Source: Candidatus Omnitrophota bacterium (GTDB taxonomy: Bacteria > Omnitrophota > Gorgyraeia > Gygaellales > Profunditerraquicolaceae). Taken from it: 53,643 bases of DNA. This document shows positions 39,049 to 47,812 of this stretch, piece by piece. The stretch's first letter is position 1. Every line of letters starts with the position of its first letter. Made by a program: the position numbers and the translations under genes. The stretch spans positions 1 through 53,643 of the forward strand of contig JBDRLN010000067.1 in the NCBI GenBank assembly GCA_043812955.1, written 5' to 3'. The notes beneath the pieces are model-generated. The model did not search any database, was not told where the DNA came from, and saw only the letters and a program-made list of their open reading frames with translations.

Positions 39049-39516
39049 TTACTTAATCTGAGCAAACAAGTTTACCATTTCAATAGCACTTACAGCAGCA
39101 TCCTTACCTTTATTACCGTCTTTAGTACCAGCACGTTCAATAGCCTGTTCAATGGTATCTGCGGTAATAATCCCAAAAATCACAGGTATTCCGGAATCTT
39201 TAGCAACTCCGGCTACGCCCTTAGCTACCTCAGCGGCAATATAATCAAAATGCGGGGTTGCCCCCCGGATAACTGTACCTAAACAAATCACCGCGTCATA
39301 ATCCTTGGATTTAGCCGCTCTCTGGGCTACTGCGGGAATCTCAAAAGCTCCGGGAACCCAAACTACTGCCAGATCGCTCTCTTCCGCTCCGTGACGAACT
39401 AAAGTATCCAGGCATCCTGAGACCAACTGTTTGGTAATAAAATCATTGAACCTTGAGGCTATAATACCAAACCTCTTGCCTTTTGCCAGCAACTTCCCCT
39501 CAATCGTCTTTACCAT
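39049..39516 (-). CDS. ribH: Lumazine synthase
   Basis: [37 protein letters not shown]. Confidence 0.96.
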   Translation of the reverse strand: MVKTIEGKLLAKGKRFGIIASRFNDFITKQLVSGCLDTLVRHGAEESDLAVVWVPGAFEIPAVAQRAAKSKDYDAVICLGTVIRGATPHFDYIAAEVAKGVAGVAKDSGIPVIFGIITADTIEQAIERAGTKDGNKGKDAAVSAIEMVNLFAQIK

Positions 39517-39535
39517 ATTTCCTCCTTCAATAAGT

Positions 39536-39595
39536 TAGGTATAGGTGCAGGTAAAGAAAAACTCTTTTCTATACCTATACCTTTTCCTCTACCTT
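39536..39595. repeat. Inverted pair of NTACCT hexamer elements
   Basis: TAGGTATAGGTGCAGGTAAAGAAAAAC followed by TTTTCTATACCTATACCTTTTCCTCTACCTT. Confidence 0.7.
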
Positions 39596-39617
39596 CAAAT
39601 CAATCTTTCTTAAAAAA

Positions 39618-40832
39618 TTATATGTTTAAATCGTGCCCCAGTTTCTCTTTCTTGGTCTTAAGGTAATGATAATTCAGATCATTCGGTTCAATTTCTAACG
39701 GTATTCGCTCTACAACCTTTAAACCATACCCCTCTAAACCTACAATCTTGCGGGGGTTATTCGTCAGGAGCTTGATATCCCTTAATCCTAGATCAACTAA
39801 TATCTGAGCCCCTATTCCGTAATCCCGCATATCTGGTTCATAACCTAAGGCTTCATTAGCCTCAACCGTATCTAATCCCTTATCCTGAAGGTTATAAGCC
39901 CGAATTTTATCCACTAAACCGATACCCCGTCCCTCCTGATTCATATAAAGTATAACCCCTTTTTTCTCTTTATCTATTGCCTGCATAGCCTTCTTCAATT
40001 GCCTTCCGCAGTCACAGCGCAGCGATCCAAAGACATCTCCGGTAAGGCATTCGGAATGCACCCTGACCAGAACTTTATCATTCTTCCATTCTCCTAGAGT
40101 TAGTGCGGCATGAATTTTATTATTAATCAGATCCTTATATAAAACCATCCTATAAGTCCCGTATTCAGTAGGAAGATTAGCTTCGGCAACCCGCTGCACT
40201 AATTTCTCCGACCGGCGGCGAAATTCAATAAGGCTGGCAATAGTGCAGATCTTTAAACGGTGTTTTAGGGAAAATTCATTCAGTTGGGGTAACCTGGACA
40301 TACTTCCGTCATCATTCATTATCTCGCAGATCACCCCGGCAGGATAAAGCCCAGATAACCGCATTAAATCTACGGCCGCTTCAGTATGGCCGGTCCTGAC
40401 TAAAACGCCTCCGTTACGTTCCTTTAAAGGAAAAATATGTCCTGGCCGAATTAAATCTTCGGGCTTACTCTGAGGGCTGATCAAGACTTCTATAGTCCGG
40501 GCCCGATCATAAGCGGAGATACCGGTAGTAATCCCCTTAGCCGCATCCGCTGAAATCATCCAGGCTGTAGAAAAAGGATCTTTTTTACTATTTAGGGCCT
40601 TGTCCTTAATCATCGGCTGCAATTCCAAATGCTTTAATCTCTCCTCTTCCATAGGAACACAGATCAATCCCCGGCCAAACCTGGCCATAAAATTTATATC
40701 TTCAGGACGGGCAAAAGAAGCAGCCATTATCAGGTCGCCTTCGTTTTCGCGGTCTTCGTCATCCACCACGATAACCATTTTCTTATTCTTTAAATCTTCC
40801 AGTATTTCCGGAATGCTGTTGAATATATCCAT
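39618..40832 (-). CDS. ribBA: Bifunctional DHBP synthase/GTP cyclohydrolase II
   Basis: [53 protein letters not shown]. Confidence 0.96.
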   Translation of the reverse strand: MDIFNSIPEILEDLKNKKMVIVVDDEDRENEGDLIMAASFARPEDINFMARFGRGLICVPMEEERLKHLELQPMIKDKALNSKKDPFSTAWMISADAAKGITTGISAYDRARTIEVLISPQSKPEDLIRPGHIFPLKERNGGVLVRTGHTEAAVDLMRLSGLYPAGVICEIMNDDGSMSRLPQLNEFSLKHRLKICTIASLIEFRRRSEKLVQRVAEANLPTEYGTYRMVLYKDLINNKIHAALTLGEWKNDKVLVRVHSECLTGDVFGSLRCDCGRQLKKAMQAIDKEKKGVILYMNQEGRGIGLVDKIRAYNLQDKGLDTVEANEALGYEPDMRDYGIGAQILVDLGLRDIKLLTNNPRKIVGLEGYGLKVVERIPLEIEPNDLNYHYLKTKKEKLGHDLNI

Positions 40833-40943
40833 AATGGAGCCTAATGACTTTTTTAGTTGTTGTGCCTTGAATTATTCGGGCGGGTCCGCCTTTAACACAG
40901 GATAGCGACATCCGCCGCAGTGCTACCCTGCAAGAAGGCGGAT

Positions 40944-40973
40944 AAAAAAATCCCGAATTATGATCTTCGGGAC
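40944..40973 (-). terminator. Riboswitch expression-platform terminator
   Basis: GTCCCGAAGATCATAATTCGGGA followed by T7; its 5' arm CCCGAAGAT is complementary to the aptamer 5' end ATCTTCGGG. Confidence 0.8.
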
Positions 40974-40989
40974 TGGCAATATTACACGT

Positions 40990-41127
40990 TTATCTTCTCT
41001 CATCTAGACTTTACTATTGGCTGCTGCTTCCCACAGCATCTGTCCCGGTTACTGCCGGAACTCGTAGGCTGAGCCTGTTATACCAGGCTTACTACCAGTT
41101 GGGAATCTCACCCTTTCCCGAAGATTG
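40990..41127 (-). ncRNA. FMN riboswitch (RFN element)
   Basis: ATCTTCGGG..AGGGTGAGATTCCC.AC.GG..GT...AGCC..CGAG...AGAT...AGCC.A.AGTAAAGTCT.GATG.GAGAAGAT upstream of ribBA. Confidence 0.92.
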
Positions 41128-41133
41128 TATATA

Positions 41134-41183
41134 AGTATAACGCTAAATATTAGCTTGTCAAGTCAATTAAACGGATTTATAAT
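41134..41183. promoter_or_regulatory. Overlapping divergent sigma70 promoters (rib operon / cinA)
   Basis: Minus strand TTGACA (41161-41156)-N16-TATACT; plus strand TTGTCA (41155-41160)-N17-TATAAT (41178-41183). Confidence 0.65.
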
Positions 41184-41190
41184 TAAAGAT

Positions 41191-41658
41191 ATGGAACCCA
41201 TTGTAAATCAAGTACATGAACTCCTGATTAAGAATAAAAAAACTATTTCGGTAGCTGAATCCTGCACCGGAGGACTTATTTCTTTTCTACTTACCCAGGT
41301 ATCCGGAAGCTCCGCTTATTTTAACTTAGGACTGGTTAACTACAGTAATGAGGCAAAAAACAGGATCTTAAAAATACCCTCCTCTCTTATCGCTAAAAAA
41401 GGCGCGGTATCAAAAGAAGTAGCCAGAAAAATGGCTCAATCCTGCCGTAAAATAGCCAAAACCGATCTGGGGTTGAGTATAACCGGCATTGCCGGACCAA
41501 CCGGAGCAACCCCGGATAAACCAATAGGTACTGTTTTTATCGCTGTCTCCAGTTCCAAGATAACCGTGTGTAATAAATTTAGGTTTACGGGTAACCGCGG
41601 ACGAATAAGAAAACAAGCAGCCCTAAAAAGCCTAGAGATGCTGAAAAAACTTATTTAA
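41191..41658 (+). CDS. CinA C-terminal domain / NMN deamidase (PncC-like)
   Basis: SVAESCTGG, GSSAYF, YSNEAK, GAVS, SITGIAGP.G; start moved to ATG 41191. Confidence 0.88.
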   Translation: MEPIVNQVHELLIKNKKTISVAESCTGGLISFLLTQVSGSSAYFNLGLVNYSNEAKNRILKIPSSLIAKKGAVSKEVARKMAQSCRKIAKTDLGLSITGIAGPTGATPDKPIGTVFIAVSSSKITVCNKFRFTGNRGRIRKQAALKSLEMLKKLI

Positions 41659-41687
41659 TATGCCTAAATATCACCAGCCTAAAGCCA

Positions 41688-41721
41688 GTTTTTCTTTACC
41701 TATACCTTTACCTATACCTAG
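41688..41721. repeat. NTACCT hexamer-repeat element, copy 2
   Basis: GTTTTTCTTTACCTATACCTTTACCTATACCTAG. Confidence 0.8.
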
Positions 41722-41730
41722 TAAATTTTA

Positions 41731-42270
41731 ATGCGTACCTTTATCGCCATAGAACTTCCTAAAGAAGTTAAGAATTACTTATCTGATATCCAGAAAATAT
41801 TGGCTCCTGCCGGGGATGATGTTAAATGGGTCAAGCCTGATAATATACATCTAACCTTGAAATTTTTAGGCGAAGTAAACCTTGAAACCTTAGATCAAAC
41901 TATCCAATCGCTGGAGAAAATCGCCGCAAATAAAACAGCTTTTTGTTTCAATCTCTCCACAGTTGGGGTCTTCCCAAAAATTGAAAGCCCCAAAGTAGTC
42001 TGGATAGGAATTAATAAGGGCGGTTCTGAAATAAGGGAAATCGCCAAAGATTTAGGTAAAGCAGATTTATCCCCCCATATCACTATAGGCCGGGTAAAAT
42101 CAAAGAAAGATTTAGGAAAATTAGTGGATATTTTAAGGGTATTTGCATTAAGCCCACAGAGGGCGCTTCAGGAATTTCCGGTAAATAAAATCACCGTTTT
42201 CAAGAGCACTCTTCTGCCAGAAGGGCCTATCTACGATATCCTAAAAGAAGTAAATCTTAAAGCGGCCTGA
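41731..42270 (+). CDS. thpR: RNA 2',3'-cyclic phosphodiesterase (2H family)
   Basis: MRTFIAI, HLTLKFLG, PHITIGR, GPIY. Confidence 0.9.
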   Translation: MRTFIAIELPKEVKNYLSDIQKILAPAGDDVKWVKPDNIHLTLKFLGEVNLETLDQTIQSLEKIAANKTAFCFNLSTVGVFPKIESPKVVWIGINKGGSEIREIAKDLGKADLSPHITIGRVKSKKDLGKLVDILRVFALSPQRALQEFPVNKITVFKSTLLPEGPIYDILKEVNLKAA

Positions 42271-42716
42271 AGGATTATATTGGTAAATATACCGGCGAGA
42301 ATATCATCGCCCATTATCCCCAGGCTGCCCCTCATCTTCTGGAACCTGCTGATGGGGAAGGGCTTAAATATATCCAAAACCCTGAACAATATAAAAGCGG
42401 ATAAAACTATTTTCCAGCTGTAAGGCAAAAAAACTAAGCTTAAAAGCATACCGCAAACTTCATCTATTACTATGCAAGAGGGATCATTTCTGCCTAAAGC
42501 CCTCTCTGCCCTGCCGCAAAACAAAAAACCTAAGATCAATACCAATAACACAACCAGGATTAACCACGGCGCATTAGCCTTTAAGATAAAATATATACCT
42601 GCTGCGATGAGGCTGGCGAAAGTCCCAGAGATTACCGGGATATAGCCAATATAAAAAAAAGTGGTAATGACCTCAGTAAGGATGTTGGAGGCGGTTTTTT
42701 GATTTAATAAGGGCAT
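42231..42716 (-). CDS. pgpA: Phosphatidylglycerophosphatase A
   Basis: GYIP..SGTFAS, DPSCIVIDEVCG, FRVLDIFKPFPI, GIMGDD. Confidence 0.9.
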   Translation of the reverse strand: MPLLNQKTASNILTEVITTFFYIGYIPVISGTFASLIAAGIYFILKANAPWLILVVLLVLILGFLFCGRAERALGRNDPSCIVIDEVCGMLLSLVFLPYSWKIVLSAFILFRVLDIFKPFPISRFQKMRGSLGIMGDDILAGIFTNIILQAALRFTSFRIS

Positions 42717-42730
42717 AATTTAAGCCAGAT

Positions 42731-43309
42731 TTAAATATTGGTGATGACCTTACGATTGCCCCAAAGATAAGAAAATCCGGAATAAAGAGTCAGGATAACG
42801 GTAAACCACATAGCGATATCTATGCCCTGACGGAAAAATCTCTCCCAGTTAGGGTTCCAGATAAAGAATTTTTTCATTACCTCTTGAAAAACAATAAACC
42901 CCAGGATTATAAATATTACCACCATCTGAGATACCGTCTTATGTTTTCCTATTTTACCGGCGGATAAGACCTTGCCTTTATTCAGGGCAAAGATCCTTAA
43001 AGAGGTAATCAGGATCTCCCGGGAGATAATAATCATAAACATCCAATCTCTGACCAGATGCATCTGGACAAAAGCGGCAAAAGCCGATAATACCAGTATT
43101 TTATCAGCAATAGGATCCATTAACTTGCCGAAGTCAGTCACCATGTTCCTTTTTTTAGCGATCATACCGTCAAGCAGGTCCGAAACAGCGGCAAATATGA
43201 ATATCGCTAAGGAGAGCGTTTTAGCCCATAAACCGGATAAGGATAAAAAGAACATAAACACAAAAGTAAGGATGATCCTTAACATGGTCAATCTATTAGC
43301 TATATTCAT
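42731..43309 (-). CDS. pgsA: CDP-diacylglycerol--glycerol-3-phosphate phosphatidyltransferase
   Basis: MNIANRLT.LR, DLLDG.IA....T.FGKLMDPIADK, GKHKT; start 43309 has SD AAGG. Confidence 0.92.
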   Translation of the reverse strand: MNIANRLTMLRIILTFVFMFFLSLSGLWAKTLSLAIFIFAAVSDLLDGMIAKKRNMVTDFGKLMDPIADKILVLSAFAAFVQMHLVRDWMFMIIISREILITSLRIFALNKGKVLSAGKIGKHKTVSQMVVIFIILGFIVFQEVMKKFFIWNPNWERFFRQGIDIAMWFTVILTLYSGFSYLWGNRKVITNI

Positions 43310-43350
43310 GATCAGTTCCTTTCTTCTATAGTCAAATGGCAAGTGGTAAA

Positions 43351-43529
43351 GAGACAGGTCCCTTAGTAATAAATAATTGTGATATATAATTGTTACAATA
43401 AGGCACTTTGCACTTTTTAATGTTAATTTTATTCCTTAAAAATGCAAACTGACTCATCAGAACATATTAGATTATATAATGTTAGAGTAAAGGGACCTGA
43501 CCCTGGTCTCCCCCTGGTCTCCCTGGTCT
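43351..43529. repeat. ~150 bp AT-rich insert bounded by (A/T)CAGGTCCCTT inverted repeats, plus CCCTGGTCT x3
   Basis: GACAGGTCCCTT at 43353 and AAGGGACCTGAC at about 43490-43501; adjacent 9-mer triplication encodes the RimO tail. Confidence 0.6.
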
Positions 43530-44770
43530 TCGCAGACTAAATCATATTCCAGGGTATCTCTAACTTTAGCCTTCACAAAATCGCCGGGCTTTAATTTCCG
43601 CGTAGACCTTACATAAACCAAGCCGTCAACCTCTGGCGCGTCATACTGGCTGCGGCCTAAGTATGAATCACCCTCCTGCTCATCTATAAGGACATCGATT
43701 GTTTTACCCAGTAACTTGGAGTTTATTTCCTCAGAGATCAATTGTTGGCTAGACATTACCAGGTTAAAACGCGCAGATTTTATCTTCCCCGGAATCTGTC
43801 CCTTAAAGCCATAGGCCGGCGTACCTTCTTCGCGGGAATAGGTAAACGCGCCTAGCCTTTCAAACTTCACTTCTTTAATAAAATCCAGGAGTTCCTTAAA
43901 TTCCTTATCGGTCTCAGAAGGAAATCCCGCAATCACTGATGTGCGAATAGCTACGCCGGGAATCGCCTTACGCACTTTTTCTATTAAATTAAATATTTCT
44001 TTCTGGGTAACCTGCCGGTTCATTAATTTTAATATCCGGCTATTAATATGCTGTATCGGCAGATCAATATACTTGCAAACCCTGGGCTCATCTCTAATAA
44101 CTTTAAGTAATTCATCGCTTAAGCGTTTCGGGTTTAAATATAAAAGACGGACCCAGCCTATCCCGGGAGTAACTTTTAGGATTTTTTTAACCAGTAGGGG
44201 TAATTTCAAAGATCCGCATAGATCTAGCCCATAGCCGCTAATATCCTGACCGATAATATTTAACTCCGAAACACCCTGCTTATTTAAAGACCCCGCCCGG
44301 TCTAAAACCGCATCAGGCTCAAGGCTGATAAATTTACCTTTAATCTTAGGGATTACGCAATAGCTACAATTATTAATACAGCCTTCACAGATCTTTAAAT
44401 AAGCGAAATGCTTTGGCGTTAAAGCGTACCTCTTTCTGTCAGAGTCTATTGATATCTTACCGACAAAAGCGTCAACTTCAGGAAATTCCCGGCGCAACTC
44501 ATCTTGGTAGCGCTGAACTAAACAACCATAAACGATTATTTTCTTTAATCCTAACTTCTTTTTAAGCTTGATTAAATCTAATATCGCTTCTACGGATTCA
44601 GCCTGGGCATCTTTAATAAAAGCGCAGGTATTTAGGATGCCGACGTCGGCATTTTCAATATCCGTAATTTCATATTTTTTTAGGTTCAGGCGGCCTAAGA
44701 TCCCCTCGGAATCAACCAGGTTGCGCGGGCAGCCCAGACTTAATATACCGATCTTTGCTTTACCCACCAC
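43472..44770 (-). CDS. rimO: Ribosomal protein S12 methylthiotransferase
   Basis: SLGCPRNLVDSE, NTCAFI, CINNCSYC radical-SAM motif, YSREEGT, DAPEVDG. Confidence 0.93.
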   Translation of the reverse strand: MVGKAKIGILSLGCPRNLVDSEGILGRLNLKKYEITDIENADVGILNTCAFIKDAQAESVEAILDLIKLKKKLGLKKIIVYGCLVQRYQDELRREFPEVDAFVGKISIDSDRKRYALTPKHFAYLKICEGCINNCSYCVIPKIKGKFISLEPDAVLDRAGSLNKQGVSELNIIGQDISGYGLDLCGSLKLPLLVKKILKVTPGIGWVRLLYLNPKRLSDELLKVIRDEPRVCKYIDLPIQHINSRILKLMNRQVTQKEIFNLIEKVRKAIPGVAIRTSVIAGFPSETDKEFKELLDFIKEVKFERLGAFTYSREEGTPAYGFKGQIPGKIKSARFNLVMSSQQLISEEINSKLLGKTIDVLIDEQEGDSYLGRSQYDAPEVDGLVYVRSTRKLKPGDFVKAKVRDTLEYDLVCEDQGDQGETRVRSLYSNII

Positions 44771-44777
44771 AGGCCCT

Positions 44778-45614
44778 CTATCTTGGTATATCCAGGGTAT
44801 CTTTAGTAATCAAGATATTCTTTACTATCTGGCCTCTCCTGCCTAAAGCAGGCAAGACTTTGCCGTTTACTTCTAGATCCACGCCCCCGGCATTGCCTAA
44901 AGAAAGCTCGATTTTTTCTTTGGCCTTCCAACTCTCCCGGTTATCTTTTTTAAGGATATTCTTAAAAATAAGCTTACCGTCCAGTCTAACATCAACATAA
45001 CAATCCTCTTTAGCGTATACGCTTAAAGACACGCCTACTATAGATATTCCCTCTTTTTTGCCAGATTTATTTATTTCAGCCTTTTTTACCTTGGATAGAG
45101 GTATGGATATTTTTTTTCCCGCAGCATCAACTAATTTTGACTGAAGTGAAGTTTTCTTTATAGGCAGATTGGCCGTCGCCGGATTTAGCGACTTCTTAGG
45201 CAAGTTAAATTTAAACTTAGATAAAATATTCTTAGCGATCGCCAAAGCAGCGATTATAAATAAGATTCCCAGAATAAGAATGAATACCTTCTTTAGTTTT
45301 AATGCTGCAGCTGAAGGAATAAGTTTTAGCGATGCCTGCCGGCGAGGGAGCTCTTCCTCTTTGGATTTAGCCAAACCAGCCGAGATTTGAGGCTTTTCTT
45401 TATAATCTGAGATGTAATCATCAGGGTTGACTTCTAGGAATTCACAATAGATCTTCAAAAACCCATGGATGTATATAGGGCTTAGATTAATAAAGCTATC
45501 CTCTTCGATAGCCTTCAGGACATTTAAATGGATCTTGGTTTTTTTATGGGCCTCTTCCAGATTTAATCCTTTTTCCAACCGTATCTTTTTAAGCCTCGCA
45601 CCCCGAGAATCCAT
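44778..45614 (-). CDS. rodZ: RodZ-like protein (HTH, TM, DUF4115)
   Basis: N-terminal HTH (R.EKGL, YIHGFLKIY), TM, LGNAGGV.L.VNG; ftsK-rodZ-rimO-pgsA synteny. Confidence 0.8.
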   Translation of the reverse strand: MDSRGARLKKIRLEKGLNLEEAHKKTKIHLNVLKAIEEDSFINLSPIYIHGFLKIYCEFLEVNPDDYISDYKEKPQISAGLAKSKEEELPRRQASLKLIPSAAALKLKKVFILILGILFIIAALAIAKNILSKFKFNLPKKSLNPATANLPIKKTSLQSKLVDAAGKKISIPLSKVKKAEINKSGKKEGISIVGVSLSVYAKEDCYVDVRLDGKLIFKNILKKDNRESWKAKEKIELSLGNAGGVDLEVNGKVLPALGRRGQIVKNILITKDTLDIPR

Positions 45615-45616
45615 AT

Positions 45617-47812
45617 CTACCTTCCTCTTTTAGCCATATCCTCTTTAAGCCAGGCCTGCCTATCCACTAAAATCTTGCGCGGTTTACTTCCTTCATAAGG
45701 GCCCACTAACCCAACTTCCTCCATCATATCTATAATCCTGGCAGCCCGGGTATACCCCAGGCGCATCCTGCGCTGAAGTATAGATACCGAGGCCTGATTG
45801 CTTTCAATAATTATCCTTACCGCCTCATCATAAAGTTCGTCTTTTTCTCCGCCGGAGGAAATTGATTTACGCTGCTCTTTAAGTACCTCTTCATCATAAA
45901 CCGGATCAGCCTGAGATTTGATAAAATCCACAACTTTTTCGATTTCTCTATCCGAAACCAGCGTCCCTTGAACCCGGGTTAATTTAGCATCCTGCGGTTT
46001 TAAAAAAAGCATATCACCCTTACCCAGAAGTTTATCCGCGCCGTTCATATCTAAGACAGTGCGCGAATCGACTTTTGAGGCTACCTTAAAAGAAACCCGG
46101 GCCGGAAGATTAGCCTTGATTACCCCGGTAATTACATTTACTGACGGCCTCTGGGTAGCCAAAATCAGATGGATTCCTACTGCCCTGGAGAGCTGGGCCA
46201 AGCGGGTGATCGCGCTTTCAATCTCTTCCCGGGCAATCATCATCAGGTCCGCGAATTCATCGATAATGATTATAATATAAGCAAGCTTTTCTTTTTTCTG
46301 ATTATAAGCCTCTATATTCCTGGTCCCGGCATCAGCCAAAAGCCGGTAACGCTCTTCCATCTCATTAACTACCCAATTCAAGGCGCAGGAAGTCTTCTTG
46401 GCATCTGTAACTACCGGGCATAACAAATGAGGCAAACCGTTAAAAGGAGCTAATTCCACCATCTTAGGATCAATCATAACAAATTTCAATTCATCAGGTG
46501 AGGCTTTAAAAAGCAGGGATAAAATCAAAGAATTAACGCACACCGTCTTACCTGAACCAGTGGTTCCGGCAATCAAAATATGGGGCATATCTTCTAAACT
46601 GGCAATTACTGCTTGTCCGGAGATATCTTTACCTAAAGCTAAAGGTAGCCTGGCATCGCCTTCCTGAAATTCTTTGCTGGATAAAACTTCTTTTAAATAA
46701 ACAAAACTACTCTGGGTATTAGGAACCTCAACTCCCACCTTAGCCTTTCCCGGTATAGGGGCAACAATCCGTACGGATTGTGCCTTCATTACTAGAGCTA
46801 TATCATCACTCAGGGCAACGATACGGTTTACTTTTACCCCCGGAGCTGGTTCAAGTTCGTAACGGGTAATTATCGGCCCCCGTTCAACATCGGTAACCTT
46901 AACCGTTATCCCGAAATCATCCAGGGTTTCTTCCAGTATCCGGGCATTATTAGCCAAATCTTCTTTGATCTGCCTGGCTTCCAAAGGAGGAGGAGAATCC
47001 AAGAGATCCAGAGAAGGCAGATGATACTCATTCGTTTTGAGATTAACTGTCTTAGCCTTTGATTCAGAAACCAAAGCATTTGGTTCTTCAGCTTTAATCT
47101 TGACTTTGAGTTCTTTAGGCTTTAAAGAGAAGATGCTCTTACGCGGGCCTTTAGTTAAAACAGGCTCGGCCACAATTATGTTCGGTTTTGCCGAAACATC
47201 CCTTATTTCTCTTTCTTCGTTCACCCGGGGCTTGTCTGCCTGGTGTTTTTCTTTTCTTTTAAAAATTAATAAAAAAGGCGTAAAAATATTTTTGAGCTTT
47301 CCGCTAAACCTGGCCAACAAAGCCATAACCAATTCTTCAGTAACTAATGCCAGAGATACGATAAAACAGGTAATAAATAAAATGTAACCGCCGGGCCGGC
47401 CGAAATAATTAAAAGCAAAATCAGAAATTAGTCCTCCGAAAATTCCCGCCCGGGAAAATTTTATTGCCGGGCTCAAGATAGATATTCCGATCAGAGAACT
47501 AGAGGAAAGCAATAAAAAAAACATGCCCAAAATCCTGGGAAGGCTTAAATACGGCAGGTCATGGCGCAAGAACCTTTTACCTAACCAGAGAATAAATACC
47601 GGGATAAAATAACTTGACCAACCGAATAGATATAAGAATATTCCTGCCAGATACGCGCCGAAAGTACGGATTAAATTCTTGGGTGGGATATTCGGATGAG
47701 AGGTGTAAAAGGGCAGGTCATAAGGACTGAATGAAATTAAACTGGCTAGTATTATTAAACCCGCTGCCAGAAAACAGATACCCTTAATCTCATTTAATCT
47801 CTTCTCTTTCAC
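45617..47812 (-). CDS. ftsK: DNA translocase FtsK
   Basis: N-terminal TMs, PHILIAGTTGSGKT, IDEFADL, ATQRPS, gamma domain LQRRMRLGYTRAAR. Confidence 0.95.
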   Translation of the reverse strand: MKEKRLNEIKGICFLAAGLIILASLISFSPYDLPFYTSHPNIPPKNLIRTFGAYLAGIFLYLFGWSSYFIPVFILWLGKRFLRHDLPYLSLPRILGMFFLLLSSSSLIGISILSPAIKFSRAGIFGGLISDFAFNYFGRPGGYILFITCFIVSLALVTEELVMALLARFSGKLKNIFTPFLLIFKRKEKHQADKPRVNEEREIRDVSAKPNIIVAEPVLTKGPRKSIFSLKPKELKVKIKAEEPNALVSESKAKTVNLKTNEYHLPSLDLLDSPPPLEARQIKEDLANNARILEETLDDFGITVKVTDVERGPIITRYELEPAPGVKVNRIVALSDDIALVMKAQSVRIVAPIPGKAKVGVEVPNTQSSFVYLKEVLSSKEFQEGDARLPLALGKDISGQAVIASLEDMPHILIAGTTGSGKTVCVNSLILSLLFKASPDELKFVMIDPKMVELAPFNGLPHLLCPVVTDAKKTSCALNWVVNEMEERYRLLADAGTRNIEAYNQKKEKLAYIIIIIDEFADLMMIAREEIESAITRLAQLSRAVGIHLILATQRPSVNVITGVIKANLPARVSFKVASKVDSRTVLDMNGADKLLGKGDMLFLKPQDAKLTRVQGTLVSDREIEKVVDFIKSQADPVYDEEVLKEQRKSISSGGEKDELYDEAVRIIIESNQASVSILQRRMRLGYTRAARIIDMMEEVGLVGPYEGSKPRKILVDRQAWLKEDMAKRGR

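Noticed and set aside
40879-40943. GGCGG/CCGCC mini-hairpins after the riboswitch terminator (similar at about 26703-26742)
   Set aside because: Too short to distinguish from chance or a generic repeat without genome-wide counts.
42231-42270. 40 bp convergent overlap of thpR and pgpA
   Set aside because: Short tail-to-tail overlaps are common and need no special mechanism.
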